NCBI GenBank assembly: GCA_004764695.1
Contig: SMSO01000031.1
Coordinates: 3,138,436-3,202,435, forward strand
From: Schizochytrium sp. TIO01
Lineage: Eukaryota; Protista; Bigyra: Labyrinthulomycetes
DNA: 64,000 nucleotides
Direction: 5' to 3'
The notes beneath the pieces are model-generated. The model did no database searches and had not been told where the DNA came from. It worked only from the letters and a program-made list of their open reading frames with translations. Position numbers and translations under genes: made by a program. How positions within the stretch are numbered: the stretch's first letter is position 1; every line of letters starts with the position of its first letter. Positions 56,701 through 64,000 of the stretch are shown one piece after another.

Positions 56701-59700
56701 CAACTCGTGTTGCCTGCTGTACCGGACTACTCGTGTGAGAAATCGCCCAAGGATAGACTGTTTTCGTGTGCGACAGCGCAGAATCTGAAAGCCCCGGCGA
56801 AGTTGTAATCGCCGTACTACACTTGTTACGCGGGTAAACCTTATTCTTCGCTGATGGTCATAACGCAGTAAGCATTTGAGTTTGTGAAATCCATATTGAA
56901 GGTTAGAACGGCGCTCAATAGATCGAGCACTCGCGAAAATGGTCGATAAAATCATGACACGCCGACTAAAAACATGTGCTAACCAGGAGGACCAAGCTTG
57001 TCTCATTTGCAGCTTCCTCCAGTTCTTTACACAACGACTCAGTGTACGTTGCTGTATTGCATGCTGCGCAAGACGATGCAGAGCGCTCCGACAACAATAC
57101 TGAGAGTAAGACTGACAAATAGAATGTATGCACGATTTAGCTCGCAATTGGCGTTGTACAAAACCCAACCAGGAATCTAACCCTTGTTTGAGCCAGCGTC
57201 TGCGTGCATGCCGCAATAGACGCATTATTAGCAGTATATTTCGCGATGACCTATAAGTTGCAGCCCGCCAACGGCGAAGACTTTCTTTGCATTGAAGAAA
57301 CTTCCAATTTTTCAGAACACGAAAAAGACGCAATTCCCGTAGCCGGGAAATCTCACAAAACTCTTGCCAAATTCTGATTGAGTTTGCGAGGTGTATTATC
57401 ACAGTTTTCTGGTCTAAATTGTTTAGTACACTTGCAAGAGCGTGCAATCCGGAGTTCCCCCTTAAGTTCCGAAAAGCAGTTGAGAGTTCTACACGTTCGC
57501 AAGTGATTTTCCATTGTAGAATAGCATCGATTTGTTTAGAGCGCAGGGATGCGTGGGTAGTCAGCACTTTAAATGCACTGCGCACAGCATTGTGACGAGT
57601 TCTATCAAAAGTAGGGAGTACTCGCGCTAAAATGAGGGTTCGCTGTTGTTCCTTAATACGGGAGCGATTGGTAAAATCTCTCCAGAGGGTAAAGCTTGAT
57701 CTTACCTGAGTTGCAATTCTCCTACATGAAAGTTTTCGAAGCGTCCATGACAGCATGAAACGAGCTTGGCCAACCCGAAAGCTCAACTCTTTCCAGTATG
57801 AGAATGTTTGCTGTGCTAGAGCTCTAAGTTTTCTCTGCAGAATTAGGCGGAGCTTTCGCTGACGAGTTGTTTGCGCACCCCATGATACAAGCACCTGTCT
57901 TATATTTCGATGGCGCATCTTCGCTGACAAATCAGAAATTCGTTTGCCTTGTAAATGAGCAAGATACCAATCTCCAAACGTATCGTTTAACACTTTTCGC
58001 TCCTGTCGCTTTTTAAACTCGGCAACTGAATTATTGAGGTAAAATGTACGATGTACAACATGTCTCCAAGCCTGTAAATGGTAATGTAGACAACGATGCT
58101 TCCGTTTGCGACAGATGATTCGCGTAGCTCGTTGACGAAGCATAGTAGCTTGTACCACTCGTGAATTCCAGGCAACAAATATTCCACTCAAAACCAAGGA
58201 GCGAGACACCAAAGTGATGTTGTTCCAATGATGAAGTGACTGTTTTAGCTTGAAGCATTGAACACGGTCATACATGCGAGATAACTGTACTACACCCCGC
58301 TGCTGCGGATTTTGAATGGTATGTTCATGGTACAACACGGTTTGTGCAATCGGTGTAAGTGCACGAGAAAGCTTCCTGAATGCGACATGAACCTTCTTGA
58401 GGTAAAGTCGATGTAAAACTCGCCATAATATGACGCTGTTCAGCAAATATTGCCGCCGAAACACCAAATCCAGCTTCCAGCGCGAAAGGGCAACCCCAAG
58501 ATTTCGTTTGAAGCATTTGGCGCATGCACGTCTAAGGGCGAGTTGCCGCCGTGTAGACAGAGATGTTACTCGAACCCAACGAGAAAACGCTAGACGAGTA
58601 AATGCATTCTGGGATGCTCTCACTAAGTGATGCAACAATAAACTCTTATGATTTTGGATAGAGACGTATTTTTGCCACCTCAGCCATGCCCCTGCTTGGA
58701 GACCTTGAGCTCTGTGCCGAAGTACTGATTTTAATCGACGTTGCTTAGCATTATGCCTTTGTAATAATTTAAAGGCTTGCCGTTGATCTGCCAGGTTGAG
58801 TGAAGATTGAGACTTTTTGAATATTTGTTCCATTCGCACCAAAACATCCTGCCTCAGCAAGTACAGGTGCCATTTTCTCATGGACTGATGCAAAATGTTT
58901 TTTTGAAGAATCTTCCATAAACGTTGTAATACAAGTTGTTTAGATGTTGCCTCCTTTGCTTGGAGTTGCCAAAAAGCAAGAGTCTGACGTCGGGTTCTAG
59001 CATGTTGATCTGATGAAATACGAGCGGATAGCGACTCGGCACGGCGATGACGTGAAAGGACATCCTTCCATGTATAAAAGGCACGCGGTACTTTCTGCCG
59101 CTGCATTCTACGCAGAACTCTAAATATTTTATACGCATTGCGTTGCCGCTCTGTATACGACTTCCACAAGCGAAAAGATTCAGCTAAGGTAGATTTTAGC
59201 ATCCGTTTTACGATAAGCAGCCGTGTATTCTTTCTTTGTTCAACTAGAGCTGTCCATGAAGAAAAGGCCTTAGAAAGACCTCGAAAACGCCAGCGTTGTA
59301 TCACTATTTCAGCTGCATTTAGATTGGTTCGAGATTTATAGGCGTAGTGCAACCATTTGCGCCATGCGTATACGATGCGATGGTGCCTCCAGTTCCGAAG
59401 TGTAGTCTTCAAAATTCTCAATCCTCGGTGTTGGCCTCGTGCAGCTTGCAGAGCTTGGTACCAACTTAAAAATGCTTTGCTCAGACGAGTTGATCTCCAA
59501 TGTGCCAAGGTTTTCTTGAGAAGACCTGCTCGATGTGAAGTAAAGCACCATACCTTTAGAGCTCTTTGCAGACGCAAGCGTCGCCATATTACAGCTACCT
59601 TTCGGATAGCTTGCTCTGTTTTCCCTCCCCAAGCCCCAGCAAGACGAATACGCTGGAAAGACTCTCTTAAATATCGAAGGCGCCACACAGCTAAGATTCG

Positions 59701-62700
59701 CCCAACCTGCTGGATATTCCGAACATTTGCAACAAGCTTTGACCACGCATAAGCTTGCGCACGGTATGCATATCTTTGTAGTCGTGAGCGAACTATTTGC
59801 AGGCCGTGAGCAAGGCGATCACCGACATGGGCCCATTTGCGCAAGATATTGTACGCAGTCCGAATACGAAGCTTTTGCCAGCGTTTGATAATTCTTGATA
59901 AAACTTGGTCTCTCCCAGAATCTGCCCTGGTAGCCATAACCCATGCAGAAAATCCATGTCGGACAATATTACGTAGGTGTCGAGCTATTAGACGCCGAAT
60001 AAGAATTACTCGCCTTGTGTCGAGGTCGAGTTGCGAACGCCAACGCTGAAACGCCTGGGTTTTTTGACGTAGCTGATAATGGCTAAATACAGAAAAAAGG
60101 GTCATCTCATCCCGCAATAGCGTGTACCATTTTCGAAACGCCATGCGAAGCTGCAAGTGATACCAACGCCTGCATACCGCAAACAAACGGCCATAACGCG
60201 AATACTCAAAATTTGCAAATAGAATCCAAGTTCGAAACGCGCGGGCTATCGCATTATGTGCCCAACGTTTTGCTACCTGGTTTGCAACTCTCCCTAAATG
60301 AGCGCTTCGCTGCACCCATGCTCGCCACTTTGAAAACGCACTGCTACAACGTTGTCGCTGTGCTGCACGCCAGTGCAAAATAACGGTTCGTGCAGATGAC
60401 TTTTGCAAGGAGTCAAGTGAGCGTCTCTGCAACGCAGAGGCCTTCCATTTATTTAGTGCTGCGGCAATTAGCCCTCGTTGCCATCGCGAAAGTGTACGGA
60501 ACAACTGTTGAGATGCTATCTTCCTTTTCAAAGCTGACTTACTGAAAGTCTTCCAGGTAGAAAATGCGCGAAATGCATTGAGGTGGGTCAAGCGCGTAAG
60601 AGCTCTAGAGAGGAGATACTGCACTCGTTGCTGGTGAAAGGAATGGCTTTTAAAGGCGTGGAAGCCATCCAACATGAGACAACGAGACATCTTTAGAACT
60701 ACTTTACGCATTTGTTGTTGCCGTCGCGCACTCTCATCCGACACGAGCTTCCAATGGATAAAGGAAGCCTCCACACGCTGCTCTGGGACTCTATGAGCGA
60801 GAGACCAGGTCCAAATCATCATTGCTCCTCGTAATTGATTTGTTTGATGAATAGCTCCTGTCCGGATACCTTGATGAAGACTTTGCATAGACCAGGTTAG
60901 AAATGCACGATGCAGTTGGGCGTATCGCCAGCGACGTAAAACCCGAACAAGTTTGGCATGAGCATATATTTGGCTCCGCGTCTCTTTGCAATAGCATTTA
61001 AGACGGGTCCATGCTGCAAAAAGTCTGGCATTGCGCCAACAAACAAGTGTTCGTTGCACCAAGTAAGATAGGTGTCTACGATGTTGAGCGAATGTACGGA
61101 TCTGTAAGAATGCACCTTTCAAGGAGCCTTTTTTAAAGGTCTCCCATAAAGCTAAAGTAGATGCAACACGCAATCGAACTCTTGCAGCAGACTCGGTAGT
61201 ACTTCTACGCGAGACCTTGAAAGCCCGCAGCTTGGCAAAAACAATACGAAGAATATAGTGCCGGGATATTGTGCTTAATCTTTGCAGAGATTTCCACAGA
61301 TCATCCACATACTTCCACTTGCAAAACTTTTGACGAATACTGTGGCGAGTGAGCCGTCGTATCAAAATACTGGCACCGATTCGATGTGTTCTTCTAAGCT
61401 GCACGGAAGGATGCGCGTTTGCTCGTAAACGAGACATAGCCTCACGTAAGATATCTCTGTGAACTGCCACACATTTTTGCATGATCCACTTGATAGTAGA
61501 CTCTCGAAGCTTTGCATTGTCATAGCCGTTTCGAAGACGATTCATTGCGTATCGTAACATGTAAAGGCGGTGCCTTGAGCATAATTGGGAAAGTGCATGC
61601 GCTCTATGCATTTGCTCAATTTTCCTTACAGCAAAATCAGTACACGTATTTTCAATTGAGTCTGCAAGCTCGTCTGTTCGGCGTTTTGATCGAAGTTCAT
61701 CCCATTTTCGAAAGGCATGGAATGAACGAGCTTGATTCCACATAGTCGCATGCAAGTGGAGATGTAGGAAAGCTCTTTGAGTACGCCTCTTCTGCGATGA
61801 ATGTATAGCCTGATAAAGGTACTTAAATCCAGCCTGTTGAAGACGCGTGCGATGGCCTAGTTCTAGCTTCTGGATTCGATGATTAACAAGATCAAGTACC
61901 TTTCTGGTACGGTCCAAAGCACCATTTGCTTGATCAATATCAGCTTCTGCAATATTGTCAATTGTAAGAATTCGAAAACCGTACGCCAGAAAACGTAACC
62001 TCCGAGCTCGTAAAGTAGAGCCCAAAATCGACTGTCGGCGCAATTTCTCTTGAGCTACTAAACGAATACGGTTAAACGCACGGAACTTTGAAAGCTTTCG
62101 AAATCTGGCTTCTAGCTGTACGATAAGTACATGAGCAAGCTTTGACTGAAAACGATCCTGCGCATCAAGTCTACTCTCATGTTCAGCAGCACGCAATAAT
62201 TTTGTGAAGACATTTCTTAAGACCCGCAAACGCCATCGTTGGTGAATATTCTGTAACATGCGTGCACCTGCTCTGAAGAGACGCACCTGCTCTGAAGAAG
62301 GCGGAAACTTTGCTTCAGGCTTTAGAGATTCCAGTGAAGGGTTTGACTGTAATAGAGGCGGTGAAAACAGCGCCACTGAGCGTTGTCGCAATGCCTGGAA
62401 CCCTCTGCCAAGCATGCGTCTAGCACGTCGTTCCTCTGCACGAGCTAGCATCTGGGCTCCTGCTTGAATTGCCATTCGTGTTCGCTCTTCTAAAGCGATT
62501 TCAATTTGAGATCGCAGTCGATCAGCAACCGCAGCAGCAGCAGAAGCCGTTGCAGCACTAATGGTAGAGTAGGTAGAACCCGTGGTTGAGATGACTGAAC
62601 GATTCATACCACTACTTGAAGAGCGACTGCGTATCAAAGAGATAGTCTTCAAACCCTGCCGTTTTCGCTCATGTCGCCTCATCCACGCAAATCTCTTCCA

Positions 62701-63999
62701 AGCAGCCCATGCGCGGATTAATTCGATTGAGGGGGGGCTAGGGTAGTAATCAAGAGGGGATGTGCTAAGTTCCCCATAGCTTACAGGTGTAGAGGAACTA
62801 GTTTCCTCGTCCTCATCCGCATCTTTTACATCGAGGTCCAGATCTGAAAATTGATGTTGTATTGGTTGACTCCCCACAGCAGCTGGTAGCCGTTTTTGAG
62901 AGTCTTTATGCACGCGCCCAGTGTGGTCAATATGCATCCAACTCGAATCAGCGGTACCGTAGTCTGCACTACGCGTCCGAGGCTCATTACGTTGCTTGAG
63001 TGGCGATGGAGCAAAAGTGACCTGACCACGTCGATACGACCTATTCATACTCCCCTTGGAAAATAAAAAGTCATTAAAATCTGAGCTTGGTTCTTGTGCT
63101 AAGTCTGATGATGTGTCCGACTCTTGCTCGTGAAGCTTCTCACTGATCGCAGCGCTCACTTTGCTTTCAAACGTACGAGGAGACCCATTCCAGCTGACGC
63201 GATCAATTGCTCTTGCAACAACTGAACCGGGTGATACTGGCGAAGATGATGATGAGGATAGTGGTGATAAAGGAAGTTTAGCGGAGACAAATTCAGCACC
63301 TGAAGGTGTCACAGGATTTAAGCCGAGCTCATATTCTACATCCTTTCGCAGCTGCTCTGCTGCAATTTGCAAAGGGCTCTGGCTCCTTTGACGTCTGCGA
63401 ATTTCACTCTTGCTTGTTCCCATCAGATTAAGCGAGTGTGTTGATGATCTATCATATATTTCATTAGCCTGCTCCATAACATCAACTTGCAGACCATCCT
63501 TCTCCATATTCTTATCCTGATCTGTATTCTGATTGTAGTCTTGATCAAAAGTTGACGCATGAGGTAGTCTTTCATCCGCAGACCTCCCATGAGGTCTCTT
63601 TGAAACTTCATATACACCTTTGCGATGTTGCTGGTCTTTCTGTTGCTGCTGTGTTTGCTGTCGATGTGGCGTTGCGTTTCCCAAAGGTCTAGTTGACTTT
63701 AGTATAGAGCTTTTGTTGGCCATGCCCATGATACCTGTAGAAGCATGAACCTTTCTGCGATCTAAAATTTGAGGCCTACATTGGTCTTCATTTGCATGTG
63801 TGTTTCTGATTCTCAGCGAGCGATTCATCTCCAAATCATCGCTCGCAGATAGGCTCAGAGAAACACGCCTCGGTTCACGAAGACCCGAACTGTCTTTTGA
63901 GGAACGAGGAAAATTAGAGTTGGGAGTTTGCGTTTTCAATAATAAGTTTTCCTCTGACAAGGAGTTTGCTGTTGCATGTGTTGTCGAATTCGTCGCATT
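53743..63999 (-). CDS. Giant Sfi1-like centrin-binding repeat protein, possibly 5'-truncated by the window edge
   Basis: >3400 uninterrupted codons. The frame stays open from 63960 to the window end; first in-window ATG at 63828. Dozens of basic helical repeats ending (A/S)FxxW (e.g. FRAFSTWKTF, SSAFSKWRAW, ARAFRTWILF, SKAFLSWYQA). C-terminal coiled coil. Confidence 0.85.
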   Translation of the reverse strand, partial: NATNSTTHATANSLSEENLLLKTQTPNSNFPRSSKDSSGLREPRRVSLSLSASDDLEMNRSLRIRNTHANEDQCRPQILDRRKVHASTGIMGMANKSSILKSTRPLGNATPHRQQTQQQQKDQQHRKGVYEVSKRPHGRSADERLPHASTFDQDYNQNTDQDKNMEKDGLQVDVMEQANEIYDRSSTHSLNLMGTSKSEIRRRQRSQSPLQIAAEQLRKDVEYELGLNPVTPSGAEFVSAKLPLSPLSSSSSSPVSPGSVVARAIDRVSWNGSPRTFESKVSAAISEKLHEQESDTSSDLAQEPSSDFNDFLFSKGSMNRSYRRGQVTFAPSPLKQRNEPRTRSADYGTADSSWMHIDHTGRVHKDSQKRLPAAVGSQPIQHQFSDLDLDVKDADEDEETSSSTPVSYGELSTSPLDYYPSPPSIELIRAWAAWKRFAWMRRHERKRQGLKTISLIRSRSSSSGMNRSVISTTGSTYSTISAATASAAAAVADRLRSQIEIALEERTRMAIQAGAQMLARAEERRARRMLGRGFQALRQRSVALFSPPLLQSNPSLESLKPEAKFPPSSEQVRLFRAGARMLQNIHQRWRLRVLRNVFTKLLRAAEHESRLDAQDRFQSKLAHVLIVQLEARFRKLSKFRAFNRIRLVAQEKLRRQSILGSTLRARRLRFLAYGFRILTIDNIAEADIDQANGALDRTRKVLDLVNHRIQKLELGHRTRLQQAGFKYLYQAIHSSQKRRTQRAFLHLHLHATMWNQARSFHAFRKWDELRSKRRTDELADSIENTCTDFAVRKIEQMHRAHALSQLCSRHRLYMLRYAMNRLRNGYDNAKLRESTIKWIMQKCVAVHRDILREAMSRLRANAHPSVQLRRTHRIGASILIRRLTRHSIRQKFCKWKYVDDLWKSLQRLSTISRHYILRIVFAKLRAFKVSRRSTTESAARVRLRVASTLALWETFKKGSLKGAFLQIRTFAQHRRHLSYLVQRTLVCWRNARLFAAWTRLKCYCKETRSQIYAHAKLVRVLRRWRYAQLHRAFLTWSMQSLHQGIRTGAIHQTNQLRGAMMIWTWSLAHRVPEQRVEASFIHWKLVSDESARRQQQMRKVVLKMSRCLMLDGFHAFKSHSFHQQRVQYLLSRALTRLTHLNAFRAFSTWKTFSKSALKRKIASQQLFRTLSRWQRGLIAAALNKWKASALQRRSLDSLQKSSARTVILHWRAAQRQRCSSAFSKWRAWVQRSAHLGRVANQVAKRWAHNAIARAFRTWILFANFEYSRYGRLFAVCRRWYHLQLRMAFRKWYTLLRDEMTLFSVFSHYQLRQKTQAFQRWRSQLDLDTRRVILIRRLIARHLRNIVRHGFSAWVMATRADSGRDQVLSRIIKRWQKLRIRTAYNILRKWAHVGDRLAHGLQIVRSRLQRYAYRAQAYAWSKLVANVRNIQQVGRILAVWRLRYLRESFQRIRLAGAWGGKTEQAIRKVAVIWRRLRLQRALKVWCFTSHRAGLLKKTLAHWRSTRLSKAFLSWYQALQAARGQHRGLRILKTTLRNWRHHRIVYAWRKWLHYAYKSRTNLNAAEIVIQRWRFRGLSKAFSSWTALVEQRKNTRLLIVKRMLKSTLAESFRLWKSYTERQRNAYKIFRVLRRMQRQKVPRAFYTWKDVLSRHRRAESLSARISSDQHARTRRQTLAFWQLQAKEATSKQLVLQRLWKILQKNILHQSMRKWHLYLLRQDVLVRMEQIFKKSQSSLNLADQRQAFKLLQRHNAKQRRLKSVLRHRAQGLQAGAWLRWQKYVSIQNHKSLLLHHLVRASQNAFTRLAFSRWVRVTSLSTRRQLALRRACAKCFKRNLGVALSRWKLDLVFRRQYLLNSVILWRVLHRLYLKKVHVAFRKLSRALTPIAQTVLYHEHTIQNPQQRGVVQLSRMYDRVQCFKLKQSLHHWNNITLVSRSLVLSGIFVAWNSRVVQATMLRQRATRIICRKRKHRCLHYHLQAWRHVVHRTFYLNNSVAEFKKRQERKVLNDTFGDWYLAHLQGKRISDLSAKMRHRNIRQVLVSWGAQTTRQRKLRLILQRKLRALAQQTFSYWKELSFRVGQARFMLSWTLRKLSCRRIATQVRSSFTLWRDFTNRSRIKEQQRTLILARVLPTFDRTRHNAVRSAFKVLTTHASLRSKQIDAILQWKITCERVELSTAFRNLRGNSGLHALASVLNNLDQKTVIIHLANSIRIWQEFCEISRLRELRLFRVLKNWKFLQCKESLRRWRAATYRSSRNILLIMRLLRHARRRWLKQGLDSWLGFVQRQLRAKSCIHSICQSYSQYCCRSALHRLAQHAIQQRTLSRCVKNWRKLQMRQAWSSWLAHVFSRRVMILSTIFASARSIERRSNLQYGFHKLKCLLRYDHQRRIRFTRVTSVVRRLQLRRGFQILRCRTRKQSILGRFLTRVVRYSRQHELRVAFTKLLMNRWSQAVHSDVSRVIDLACSNSAASAEIMLQKHVALLASVDREFVKVRIALVRGHPLANRAHPGQQLYHIENRSGRSVASVTIAQRALSPIAEERIGQYLEQVGGIMGREWMNRVSRRGLQLRRCMKQMRLRLMRVGFVAFARVVVYAQGQLDYAHNLAMVDSEELESRKESSSSYWDNWKSIRAVVGLGLVAVQLGAHRQRQLSVRVAFLRLVDHVKSFHVRREKSLPGILNQLMVCRAVIWWRKYHLSKAFHQWRSCSAWVHTHVKWATATYTLRQRLLLQQCFDGWYHFMMGIQRLRKVQFQNKQMAARALGLQMIAQVNRQGTRRADLFRAFSKLREHAAVRYSHAQIMMSVERIWEMQESHDFLRKSFYIWRASCADNAKQRLLGMVDLATEGYNQARNYNKSLLSKVDVARSFTAWSRYAILTRRSKDALLRRTFQSWARILRRNNLALILGVTRQRLQTEHSVFLRESFSHWASFVHAKIFIRRLFLRRLACCTKDILSLNFTQWKNYMQRLQHQSLALNKWHRVSTTVICRTSFRNWQAYTFIKNSRRASLCALVQKTHLLLSNTKIRMLRGFSKWRETVRLMNYSRTVVHRHRAAHAIWACIVQFQPLSLRSCLRLWALHCYESRKSDLRVIFTAWRNRAKITKARTSVIQARVILWKRQINPRRKLRRHFEAWRAFVCGRCTVMGLYELSARRQASRHLIASFAVWKSETSRAKAQRRHFRRMRLTRTLQLWRQYAHNSRVRRNILRRVVVRREKRALFEAMSQWRVQVERLRALMYKCVSESLSHQMVSAIHDKENKVGQLQAQQEESSQVLLQIKERAKTKIKSLLEENSRLHEVLRTREKENETLEMQTDEDRRALKCCEMQLIRAKEEAAELRRKSKVMYTTDQELSRLENYVCELESSNFELQSKYDQSLRRLQRREKKIKAMQDEADMLQMKLQQLSYISRVERESFCSTLISNMSMEEV

Positions 64000-64000
64000 A

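Overview
Eukaryotic nuclear DNA, about 45% GC by eye, with 11 long uninterrupted (apparently intron-free) protein genes. Gene content, codon bias and tetranucleotide-microsatellite-rich intergenic DNA suggest a stramenopile protist, most plausibly a thraustochytrid (inference, not proven). Genes in order: CAND1 (-), SERGT1/HPAT-like glycosyltransferase (-), CDPK-like kinase (+), hinderin/KIAA1328-like coiled-coil protein (-), ribonucleotide reductase small subunit (+), tubby-domain protein (-), SCY1/SCYL2 pseudokinase (+), pyrroline-5-carboxylate reductase (+), cysteine synthase (+), an orphan ORF (+), and a >3400-aa Sfi1-like repeat protein (-) whose frame runs off the window end. I could not support any rRNA, tRNA, CRISPR array or intact transposon. 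The most notable items are: (1) a ~260-aa disordered insert inside the activation loop of a CDPK-like kinase with degenerate EF-hands; (2) the giant Sfi1-like centrin-binding scaffold; (3) a recurring intergenic pattern of TAG/CTA-rich patches beside poly(dA:dT) blocks and GC-rich, TpA-poor blocks, clearest in a 13.4-kb gene-free stretch. I cannot demonstrate a complete new biological system from sequence alone; these are leads. All family assignments come from recalled motifs, not database searches.
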